Assembly (NCBI GenBank): GCA_026026165.1
Contig: JAPEUD010000001.1
Coordinates: forward strand, 620,001 to 684,000
Reading direction: 5' to 3'
Source of the DNA: Sarea resinae
Taxonomy: Eukaryota
DNA length: 64,000 bases
Position 1 is the stretch's first letter; the number at the start of each line of letters is the position of its first letter. The position numbers were made by a program, and so were the translations under genes. Shown here piece by piece: positions 1 through 11,277 of the stretch. Under the pieces are notes generated by a model. It did no database searches. It was not told where the DNA came from and worked only from the letters and a program-made list of their open reading frames with translations.

Positions 1-694
1 CGTCTTGCGGCATTATGGTCTTCTTGTTGTTTCGTTGGGCGTTTTCGTTGGCGCTGTTGGATGTGTACATTCGAGTTAGCTGGCGCTGCGCTGCTCTGTT
101 CTGCTGTCTCGTCTCTCCAATGTGGAAATTATCATCCGCCTCTATCATACTCTCGCTCTTCTTCCTCCCCTTCATCATCCCCTTCTCTCTCTTTCTATCA
201 TCTATAGAGGCCTCCCACCCATCAGACCCCCGCTGTCAAGCAAACACCCTAGCGCAGCAGATAGAAGAAAAGACACATACGTCGAAGCGAGATAGTTCAC
301 GAACACGGTCGCGCTCTTGCAAATGGCGGTGACAGCATCCTTCTGGATCTGCGTATTCGGGGGCAGCGAGCTCTTGGCCAGCCGCTGAACGATGGTACGA
401 GGAAGTAGCAGGTCCTGGTGATCAAATAATGTCACACGTTAGCCCCCCTCATTGCACGTCCTGGACCTTGCTGGGTCTTGTGTGTGCACGCAGCAACAGT
501 TTGCTTGCGATTTCACCTTGCTTCGATATAGCGGAAGACTTTGGGGGCTCGATTTGAGGGCTCTCTCGCAGAAGTGCACGTACATCGATGCTGACACCTC
601 CTCCTGCGCTTGCAGCAGCAGCGGTACCGTCTTTCGCAGGCGTGCTCTCGTCGCCGGTGGCGGCTTTGGAGCCGTCGCTCTTGCGCGGGGGCAT
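1..694 (-). CDS. DPB4: DNA polymerase epsilon / chromatin accessibility complex histone-fold subunit (Dpb4/CHRAC17, NF-YB-like); 3' end runs off the window
   Basis: Exons 694-584, 414-281 and 53-<1 joined by GTACGT..CAG and GTATGT..CAG introns with GCTAAC branch sites. Translation MPPRKS...VSID/DLLLPRTIVQRLAKSSLPPNTQIQKDAVTAICKSATVFVNYLAST/ANENAQRNNKKTIMPQD is the CBF/NF-Y histone-fold pattern typical of Dpb4. Confidence 0.88.
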
Positions 695-954
695 CTTCTA
701 GGTGTGAGGATAGCCGGCTAAGAGAGTAAGTGAAGCAGTCGGAGAGATGGCTCTTGATGGCTTCGGGATGTGACAGTGGAAGACTTTGATGATCGAGGCC
801 AGTAAGAGTAAGAATTGATGTGACCCTGTCTATCAATGGTACTGATTAAGTCGTGTGTATCTTCGTCGAGTCCACGGCAGTCATCGTCATCGTTGTCGTC
901 GTCAGTCGTGAGGATTTAGGGAATCGCACTTTTGTTCATGCCATTCGCTGGTAG

Positions 955-989
955 ACGCGACACTACGCGAGTCGGGTCCCTGCACGCGT
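955..989. promoter_or_regulatory. Cluster of MCB-like (ACGCG) cell-cycle elements upstream of DPB4
   Basis: ACGCGA at 955 and 965 and ACGCGT at 984, 260-295 bp upstream of the DPB4 ATG. Confidence 0.5.
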
Positions 990-1761
990 TGATGAGCAAC
1001 GGTCAAATCTCCGTGACTCTAGATCTCCTATCAGAGCACAGCACATCACAAAGCAACATATTTCTGTCTGTAACCTCGTTTTGAACTGTGTTTGGATTTT
1101 TACATTAGCTACTACTATACATAATGCTGTACTATATAGGATAGATAAGCCATTGCCCATGAATAGGACGAACTCATCGAGCCGTCCGTTCACCAGACTT
1201 CTCTCATCCACTTCCCCTTATACCCCGTTTTAGTTCTAGTCCCGCTGTCCCGCTCCGTAGATGAACGAGATTTATTACAAGAAGCCAAGATGTCCAAGTT
1301 CTTGAGATGATGTGGAAATGACCAAGCGCATGCTCCAGCATGTACTCATCGCCGTTTGTTCATCGCCGCTGATTCTGTACAGCATACGGATACGATCTTA
1401 TATCGACCGATCCGGGATTCCAAAATAGGTAACGCCACCATTAATGCACCCAAAGATAGGGAAAGGTGTGAAATGGTCTTCGAGCTCTCTGCCTGCACAA
1501 GTAAAGCTGGCCAAAATTTTGCAGGATGAATAATAAAAGGCCCGAGACGATCGATAAAAGGAGATCGGCCCGCATGTTTGACGTGCATATGTCGTGACTT
1601 CGAAACGCCGTCTCCCAAGTGGCTGTAGTGGCGGTTTTGAGAGGTTCCCGTGCGCCGCAATGCATGTGTCGTCCAAAAAGAGATCAGATATTCGGGTATA
1701 GCGGATCAGGTACTAAAAGCATTGAATGGATGCGGCGAACCACGGGCCTTCGAGATCAGGC

Positions 1762-4700
1762 CTAGCTGATCAGATCTCGAACTTTGTGTCGTTCGTCCAG
1801 AATTTCAGCCTGCAAGCGCCTCGTCCGTTTCATGGCCTCATCCCTATTTCCAAGAATCAGCAAATATCTATCAGAGCCTCTCCGTGAAATCATACCTTTC
1901 TGTCTGCAGCTCCGCCACTTCAATCTGCGCCATGTTCATCCTCCCCACTACTTGCTCCATCTCCTTATCGGCATCCCTAAGCGCCCTTTCCAAATCGTCG
2001 ACCTTCTTCTCCAAGAATTCTGTCTTCGTCGCCTCTGTCATCGACATACCCAGGCCGCTGGTGGTGAGATCCAAGCGCGGACTCCTTGCGGAGAAAAGGG
2101 GCGACATGGGCGACTTGGGCGTAAATGCGGCTGGACTCAGCAGACCGTTCCTGATGCGCTGAAGTTGCACTTTGTGGGTGTCATTCAGCTCCCGCACTTC
2201 TTCCTCGTGCTTAGAGACCGTGTCTTCCGAATGCTGTTGAGCGGCCATGACCTTGTCCTCGAGAGATTTGAGTTTCCCTTGCATCTCGGTGATGCGTACG
2301 GCTGAGACCTTTTGCTCCCTCTCGCCCCGGCCAATGGCCTCGGCAAGTCGGTCTCGGAGAAGAGAATTCGAATCCAGCTGTTTCCGCACATGCGTCGCAA
2401 GTTCTTCCACCCTCCGGGCCGATGCACAAAGATCGCCTGCCATCGATTGCTCTTCGCTAAGATGATACTGCTCGGATTCTTGTAGAGTTTGCGCATGAAG
2501 ACGATACTCTTCTGCTTGCTTCTGCGCCGATTCCCGCTCAGCTTCCGCATCGGAAATACTCTGCAGTAGGAGTTTCATCGTCTTCTCCGCGTCATCACCA
2601 GCCCCGCCGGCTTGACCGTGCTGCATTTCGTCCAATCGTGCGAGGGAGAGCGCATGCGTTGTACGCAATTCTTGATAGGCCTTCTCGAGGCACACCGAGG
2701 TGATTAGAATGTTCTTTGCCGGATCCTCGGTGACTCCTTCCGACGCATCTGGGACCATAATGTCGCGCCCTTGCAGAAGGATGCGGAGAGAGCTGGTCTC
2801 CTGTTCGGCTCGGTCCAGATCCATCTTCAGCCCACTCAGACCCTTCTCGCACTGCCACTTTTGCTCCAGGGCGTCGTCCGCACGTCGGCGGAGGTGAGTG
2901 ATCTCCTCCCTCAGCTGCGAGACCTCTTTGTAATAGCCTATGCGCCTGGGTGATCCGTTCATAGCACGATCTCTCTCTGCCTCGAGAGCCTTTACCTTCT
3001 TCGCGGTTTCGCGATCCTGGAAAAATTGACGCTCCAGCAAGCTTTTCAGCGCCCGATGCAATGCATCTCTTTGGGCCTCAATGTCCTTGACCCTGTCGGC
3101 TAACGATTCTCGCGATTCGCGCGGTCCTCTTTCTTTCACCGAGCCCGACCGCGACAAAGACGTCGGCCTGGACCTAGAGGGTCCGATTAAGGAAGCGCGA
3201 GCGAGAGAATTCGATCTAGTCAGTCCAACCTTCTTCATAGGATCGCCCTCTTCTGATATTGGACTGAATCGCGACTGATGTTGCTGCATTTCCAATTGTA
3301 ACCTCCTGTTGTTCACAAGTGTTGTGTTCTCGTTTCGAAGAGATTGTAGCTCCTGCTGCATCCGTGAATTCTCGTAATTCAACTTCTGGAACTGGGCAGC
3401 CTCCGCTTCCAGGCCTTCCACCCTTGCGCGAAGTTGAGGGACGATCTCATCCCGAAGATTATCACGTTCGTTCCGATTTTCTTCCAGCTCGCCTTTGAGG
3501 GCGCTTAGTAGATCCTCGAAATTATCTTTGACCTGACGTTCTTCGCTGAGCCGCCGTTTGAAGTCCTCAATACACGTCTCGAGCTCCTTGACCCGGCTGG
3601 ATGAAGCATCAGATGACTTCACTTGATCACTGCCAATCTATGCAACCAGTCAACTCTTCGGCGATTCAATAAGAAAGAGACAATCAGGAAGCGTACCCTC
3701 TGGGCCTGTTCTTCCAGCTGATATATGTGTGACTCGAGCGCTTTTCTCTTCGCCCGTTCATCTTGAACCTTGTTAGCCAGATCGACCTGCAATTGTGCCT
3801 TTTCTTGCTCGGTCTTCCTCCGCAGCTTCTCGAGCTCTTCGATCTTTGCGTCGGTATCGCTCATGCCATATCTCACAGAGCTGGTTCCTGAATCGGAGAA
3901 GTAATCACTTGTTCGACGATTCATCTCACTCGGCTGACTAGCCTCCATCTGTAATCGTTCCACGAGGTCTTCCAAATCCATCTCCCGCCGGATCGATGAG
4001 GCCAGCTCCGAACTGATCTCGCGCAGCTCGTCTTCGATCTCGCCGACTTCGGCCGCCATGGCGGGCGTAGGCGGTGGAAATGACATGCTTGAGTCTGTAA
4101 AGGGCGCGCTTAAAGAACGGTTCGCCCTAGGTATGTCGATGGCAGCTGGAACAGCACGAGAGGTGGGGAAAGAGTCTTCCGCAGAAGATTTGGTCGATAG
4201 CGGTGACGGCTCACCCGAAGGAGTCCTGTCCGAGAACGACGTCACAGATGATTCGGCACCAGGTGACGAGGCCTTCCAACCAAAGAATGAAGTCAACTTC
4301 GAACCAGGCGACTTCGGCTTCGACGACGGGCTGGTTTCTAACGCTTCATGCGATGGGTCAGGTAGACTTCTCGCACCGGCGTCGAGATGCAATTGGAGAT
4401 TAGGTCCTTGATTCGAAGGGTACAATGGCATTGTCCCTGTCTGATTAGGATCGTGCCCGCGATCGTCGTCGAGCCGATCGGTGTCTAGATATACCGAGGG
4501 TAGCGGAACGACCTCTTCAGTATCGTAACCGTAGATGGAACTGGAGATGCTCGTAGAGCTCGTGCGTCTTGAGTCTAACTCATCTACTCCGGTCTCGCCG
4601 ACCTGCGGTGAATGGACTCGGTCTTTGTCCGGGTCAGAGCGCTTTGCGTCGTCTGAAGGATTGAGAGTCGTCGCCACCAACGGTGATTGACCATGGGGGA

Positions 4701-5250
4701 ATCTATGGGCGCCAATCTTGGTCAACAAAGAGGAATCTTTCGAAGCTTCGAAGCAAGTCTCTCGAGCTCCGGACAAGGCCAGTGTGTCTTACCTGTTGAG
4801 GTCCCTCGGCTCGAAAGGCCTGGAAGAAGCCGAGAAATCCGGGGACCAGGCAGCGCGATCCACCGACTCGGGCAGCGGATTGTCGAGCGAGGCAGCCCGC
4901 GGGGAGTGGTCGATTCGGTGAGCTAGAGAGCCAGCCAGGTGTTCGCCGGAAGAAAATCTGCTCACCAAGGGTGAAACGGTGGAGGGGAGAGGCTTCCTCC
5001 TGACAGGTGAAGCCAAGGCGGCGGGTAAGGAGGAGGTCTTGGATCGAAGGTCCAAGGAAGACGATGAGGAGTGTGGTGGTGGAGGTGGAGGTGGAGGTGG
5101 TGCGGCTCCAGCAGCCGGCAGGAGTTGCTTCAGGCGCGTAGAGGAGGTCGAGGAGGAGGAGGAGGAGGAGGAGGCGGCGGGAGGGACAGGGGCGGAAGGG
5201 GAGGCATGATGCGAGGGAGGGCGCTCGGACACGGGGGGCCCCATGGTCAT
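1762..5250 (-). CDS. Large fungal coiled-coil protein with Ser/Pro-rich N-terminus (often auto-annotated Uso1/UsoA-like); function unknown
   Basis: Exons 5250-4793, 4702-3697, 3637-1896 and 1843-1762 join the 153, 385 and 583 aa ORFs in frame via GT..AG introns. Long heptad-rich segments include EIEDELREISSELASSIRREMDLEDLVERLQ and LEKKVDDLERALRDADKEMEQVVGRMNMAQIEVAELQTERDEAMKRTRRLQ. Confidence 0.8.
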
Positions 5251-7170
5251 GAATGCTCAAAGATGGAGGAACAAAGGATAGACATCGTCTTGCACGAATG
5301 CAGCAGTGGGATGGGGATGGGATGGTCGGTGCTACGGTGGTAGGTGGTAAGGTGGTAAGGTGGGAAGCCAGTTCGATCGAGAAACAGACTCTGTCCGCCA
5401 GGGCACGAGGTGATGGAAAGGGATAAGTTGGTGCTAAGGAACTGATATGCTAAGAGGAGCGGAAGGTCGTTGCAGATCGGGGTGCACAGGCGGTTAGCCT
5501 TGACGCGCTAGCCTTCCCGTTCAGGAACAGGAGAAGCACGTCGGTCGACGGTCAGGACCCTCGACGGCCATTCGTGATGATTACGAGCATGATCATCCGC
5601 CGTGTCAGATAGAGAGGCAATCCTGTCAATTCTTTTGACTACGCTCGAGCGTGATCTCTGGGGATCCATATGGGGAGATGGGGGATATGTGCGCAATGGT
5701 GGAAATGTGGAAATGTGGATAGACTACAGAGTACGCTGTACGGAGTAGTACTCGGGGATATCAAACGACAGCGCGTCGAGTACAGGTAGAGTCGAAAAAG
5801 GGTCCAGTACCTTTCCTCTAGAGACTAAGGTAAGGTACTAACGAGACCTCGTCTGCTGCCCTGAGTAAGGTAAGGTCATGTACCCAGATGAGTAGTGACT
5901 CCGGGCTACAGGCCGACCCGCGAGACGGTGAGGGTTACTCCCTAAGCGACGTGCCGGCACTGATAAGCTCTGCAGTGAGTTACGGAGTAGTACTGCGTAG
6001 TCGACGCCCCCAAGTCCCGACGGGTACCTCGTGTCGCATCTACCATCTGCTGTACTCCGTAGATATTCAACTGTACCGGATCCTCGTGCTCTCTACTCGT
6101 ACTGAGTAGAAGTACTCCATGCCGGCTCCAGCAATACGTAAGGTGGTATATCCATCTCTGGCCAGCCAGAGACGAAGAGTCTTCGTGAGCTCAATCGAAT
6201 CGAATCCATCTACCTGAGACGTCCAGATGGATACTCTCCTTCCTCCGTACTCTAATACCATGTAGTCATATCATCTCGAATTCGACACCCGTGGACGGCA
6301 ATACCAATGGGGTTAAGCCCCTCTCCCTCCTCCCTAGGTACTCTACTCCGTACCTTAGTCCCTCCTAGCGACCGTGTCCTGTCGTCCTCAGATGTCAATA
6401 TGCCCCCAAGCCATACCCCTTACGCCCAAGTTCCCACGGGCCATTCCCCTGGAGTGGAAAGGGATAGTCAGGAACCAGCGCACTACCTCGACCGCTATCT
6501 ACCACGACAGCCGACCATGAATTGCTAGTTCACTCTCACTCACTCACTACCTTACTCACTACTCACTCCGCGCCGTTACCTGATCGAACAATTGGAACCC
6601 TCTCCCGGCGGAGAAAGGGGAATCGATTCTCCTGCTCTGCTCAGCGAACAGCAATAATAATCTCCCCCTCGGCGCTAATCCGAAATACCTCAAACCCCGT
6701 AGCGACGTCGTGCCGCATCTGCATCCAATCGAGTATTGCACTTCGCACCTACTACAAGTTCCTGCACAACCCAGTAGCACATTAGCACATGAGGCTCAAC
6801 ACCGACACACCATTGGCCGTCTCCGATGAGATTGCAGCACCTCCAGCTATCAACCGACAAGCTTCTCGAAGCTCACCGGACCCATTATCAATCCATCACT
6901 CAAGATCAATCAGCCAAACCACTACGACACCAAACCCCCAATCAGATCCACCCTAGAGCCTACCTACTCCGTACTGTATCTATCCATCTACATCTATTCA
7001 CATACATAAGGTACCTATCTACCTACTAGGCACCTATCTATCGATCTCCTATCCATACTCCTAACATCATCCACCGACCTTGCTGAATAAACCGTCCTAC
7101 TGTAATTTACCCCCCGTAGAAAAACCTAACTTCGTATCCATACATCCTCGAGCATTACCTGAATCAGCCG

Positions 7171-7745
7171 CACTCACTCACTCACTCACTCACTCACTGC
7201 ATCCATGCGTGCAGTACCCGCCAGCCCGCTCTAGAGACTGTTTTCAAACCCGAGACACGAGACCATTCCAAGGTTGGGTGTTGTTGAAACCGGCCGTTGG
7301 AATCATGATACAGACACCTGTGAACGGGCAGCCTTGACAGGGATATGGATGGATATGGACGGATATGGATGGATATGGACGGATATGGATGGATATGGAT
7401 GCGGGGACGCAGACGCCGTATCAGTCAGTCAGTCAGTCAGTCAGTCAGTCAGTCAGTCAGTCAGTCCGTCAATCAGTCCGTCAGAACTTTGCCTTGAGTT
7501 ACCTTAACTACTTTACCTTCCCTTGCCTTACCTTACTTTACCTACCTTACCTACCTTACCGACTTTACCTTGCCGACTTTACCTTGCCTACACGATACAC
7601 GATATACGATATACGATATACGTATCATACACAAAACAACTACCGCCCACTCCAAACACTCCAAACACCACACAACCCAAACACATCACAAACCACAATG
7701 AACGAGCACATACACACAGATACACTCCCTACTGTCAAACCCCTC

Positions 7746-7779
<34 letters not shown>
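7171..7779. repeat. Compound microsatellite block: (CACT)7, (GGATAT/GGAC)n, (TCAG)11, (CCTTA)-like, (ACGAT)n and a 33-nt poly(C)
   Basis: Read directly: 7171-7198, 7341-7400, 7421-7464, ~7500-7590, ~7592-7620 and 7747-7779. Confidence 0.95.
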
Positions 7780-7782
<3 letters not shown>

Positions 7783-9195
7783 CCACGGGCCATGAAAAAT
7801 ATACCTACCCAACTACCTTACGTACCTAGCCACCCCCCCTCCCCGCCCCGCCCAGCCCGGCCTTTCCCCCTCGACGTCCATAAATCAACTGCGCACACAC
7901 CGCACACACACACACAGCCCAACAGCCCAACAGACCAACAGACCCGAATCCCGATGAATCAAAAAAGTCCGCAATATAGACTCAGCTAGGTAGGTAGATA
8001 GATAGGTAGATAATTAAGCACCTTATCGTGAGCCGGCGGAATACACAAACTCAAAAAGAAAAGGAAAAGAAAAAAGAAAAAAGGAAAAAGAAGAACATCG
8101 ACAGCATCCAACCCTCCCCCCCCCTTGACATATTTGCCGGTGATAACGATTACCGCCCTCGCTCCCTACCTCCACAGTTCCGCCCCCCGCGAGCATCCCC
8201 CGCTCGCAGCCCACATATCTATCCATCTGTACCTCCGCCGGCGGGATCTCGCACGGCGGGAAGGCCCGAGGCGGGTGGTCGGGAAGCGAAAGGCATGAGC
8301 TACGGTAGGCTCCACCCACGTATCCGCCCGGAGGAAAACGTTCCCAAAAAAGCGAGCCAGCCAGTCCGAGTCCAAGTCCGAGTCCAGGCCAAGTCCAGGC
8401 CAAGCCAAGCCAGAACCCCGACAAAGAGAGAGCGTAGAAGAGAAAAAGGGGGGAAAGAGTGCAAGTGAATGTGATTTTCGAGTATGTATATATATATATA
8501 TAAAAGAGAGCACGAGATTGGGCATACATGTCTAAGGTTAGATCATTGTGAGAGAGGCAGAGAATGAAAGCTCAAGCTACATAGGAAAGAAAACAAGCAA
8601 TATAAAAGAGAGAGATTGATTAAACAACGGAACACTTAGGGCGTACTGTTGCAACCACCCATAAGTGTAATCGACCGACACCAGCCGGTCAGATAGGTCA
8701 AGTCGCGAGACTTTCGAAGGGATAAAATATCTATGATGAGAAAGTTTTGGTGTTTTTTTTCCCACTTCGATTCCCTTGCTTACCATGCCTTCCCTTTTCT
8801 TCTGTACCCTTGCCTGTTTCCTCAGACCTGGACCCCCTTTCGCTTCCCGGGCTTGGAGAATAAGCCCGTCATAATGAAGATTACCGCCCAAATTAGATAT
8901 CCGCAGCCATAATAGATATAACAATAGACAGACAAGGAAAAACAAAAGAGTCAGGAAATGGCGTAGGCCAAGGGGAACGAGTGAAACGGAACGAATGAGG
9001 CAGAAGAAAAGAGAAAAGGAAAACTAAGAGCGAGTGCCAGGATATCAATACTGAAAATAGACACAGATTGCCGCCCTCGACCGAATCAAACCCAACGCCA
9101 CGTCATGATGCAATATCTTCATCAAGGAGATGGCGAGCCATTTGGCGATTCCAAAGGCGGTGGATGCACAGTGGTCAGGCCTCCGCCTTCACACT

Positions 9196-11277
9196 TTACA
9201 AGCCTCTGAACGAACCGTTCGCGGACCCGTGGGATGACGACCCTCCACCTGACCGTCCCTGGTTGCGGAGATACTCAGCGTAGAGATTCGCAGCATTGGT
9301 CCTCCTCATGGTGTCCTGTCCAGTATAATCTCTCATTCCGCGCTTGTCCTTCAAGACACCCATGAAACCGTCGTTCTCGACCATGACGACCATCCAAACG
9401 CCCACGCGGCCGTCGGAGCCCAGCAACGGCGTACACTGAATATATCTCGGTCGACCATCGTCTTCGGGGTGGCCTCTTTCATTGCCTCGTGGTAGCCAAT
9501 TAATCTTCGCGGTGAGCATTTCGCTTTGTGCGAAGGCTTCAGCGATACCGTCGCGGACGTTCTGCGAGCCGCCGATTTTTTCGAGAAATCGGGATTGGAG
9601 GAGGCCTGGGATACGGAGAGCGGGAGAGACAAAAGTGATTCGAAGGGAAGGGAATGGGCGGACAAGAAGGTACTAGAAAGATTCGGCCAAGTCAGTCTAC
9701 AAACAATTCGGGCATGACGACAATGAAGCCTGATGAGCAACAATCGACTCACGTTCTGGTAGACGCCAGGTAATCTCCCCGAGAGTCCTGGGGTCGGGGC
9801 AGCGTATACGCTCTGTCTGTCATCAAGCGCCTCGTCTGCAAGTCGCCTTGAGGCGCTCCCTCTACCAGACATCTGGGTCGGGGACTCGGAGCCTCTGCTA
9901 CCTCGCCGGGCCGTCTCCGCTTCCTCCAAGCTAAACATTTGGCTCAGATCCGACAGAGCCTGTAAAGCTCTCTTCTTAGCACCGCTTGAGCCGCGGCGAC
10001 TCTCACGGATGACCGAAAGTTTGCGATCATAAGTCAGAAGCTTTTCCAACGATTCTAATCCGCGCCCTCCTTCGATGAGGCCCGTCACTTCGATCTGAGC
10101 ACCAATGAAGTACCGAACGGAGCCTCGGTCGTCAAACAGAGGAGCGCTCATGACGAGATTTAAGAATGGCGAGCCATCGCGGCGACTTGAGCGGAAATCG
10201 CGTGTTAGCATCATATTGCGACTGAGTGAAAGCAATGCTCACTAGTTGAGGATAACTTCACAGATCTCCTGGCCTTGACGTATTGCTTGACAGAGCCGGG
10301 AAACACTGTGGTTGGAAGATTTTGGTCCTTGGAGGAAGCGGCAGTTCCGGCCGATGACGTAGTCACGTCCGTACTGCGTGAGCTTGAAGAATTCTATTGA
10401 ATCGCTCAGTCAACACCAAGTCAAATCGCAAAGAGACGGGGAATACTATAGTACCATCTGAAGCATAAACGATCGGATTATCTGGTAGCGATGGATCTGT
10501 AAGACAGAACACTTCCGACAGTCCCACGACGAGTTCTCTCATGACTGGGGCTATCGTCCCGGTAATCTTTTTCACCAAGCATTCCGTGACCACCTGAACC
10601 AAGCTCTCCGTAATAAATGCCGGCAACGCGTCCGTCACGAGCTCATCCAACGCTCTTCTTGAGCGGCCTTGAAATCGCTGGTCTATCATGGCAGCTCCAA
10701 AGATGCCTTCCGTCGGCTCTCCGGGCAAGGCGGGCAAGGAGTCGGCGATCGCATTAGCATATTCGACGGCTTTTATGGCCTTTTCTGTTTCGAGGTATCG
10801 GATAAGAACCGGTGCTGAGTGTGGCTTGTATTTGTTCAGGAAGGCGGCAAATTTGAGGAACAGCGCATGGTCTGTAAGGATGACTTTGAGATGGTCTTCG
10901 GAGAATAGCCGATCTGCGAGCCATTCAACAGAGGTGTTTGAAGCATTAGGTGGAGGTGCCTTGAGATCGAACGAGGCAGGATCATCTATAGGATTGCCTG
11001 GAGAGCTGGATCTTCCCTCGTCCGTACGACTCCCTACAGTCCCCTCTGCTTCGTCAAAGATGGACTCTGGGGATGCGCTTTTAGGTGAAAGGGGTTCTTG
11101 TCTTGGAGTCAACGGTCGCCGGACCCAGGCATCAGCTGATTGCGAGACGGGGTGTGATTGGAGCGGCGGGTTTGGAACGGGTAGAAGGTTCTCGGAGTTG
11201 AAAGACCGTAGAGTAGGACTGCTCTTTCTTGTTCTCAGAGATTTGATGAAGCTTGCTGTAGGACGCAAATGAGGCAT
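9196..11277 (-). CDS. RGS-LOV-DUF blue-light photoreceptor (BcLOV4-type architecture)
   Basis: Exons 11277-10455, 10393-10243, 10185-9753 and 9672-9196. The spliced LOV domain reads [46 protein letters not shown]...EICEVILNYRRDGSPFLNLVMSAPLFDDRGSVRYFIGAQIEV, with intact GRNCRFLQ (10329-10352). It is preceded by a helical RGS-like region (LFSEDHLKVIL...YLETEKAIKAVEYANAIA) and followed by a C-terminal domain (GVYQNYLLVRPFPSLRI...CTPLLGSDGRVGVWMVV). Confidence 0.88.

Noticed and set aside
963..1260. AT-rich patch bounded by TA-CGCGAGTCGGG and CCCGCTCCG-TA, considered as a second MITE
   Set aside because: The ends match only loosely and need several indels; the left end is better explained as MCB sites.
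7274..8529. Several 77-168 aa ORFs on both strands
   Set aside because: They are translations of microsatellites and poly(C) (SQSVSQ, PPPP, KEKKK) with no domain or splice support.
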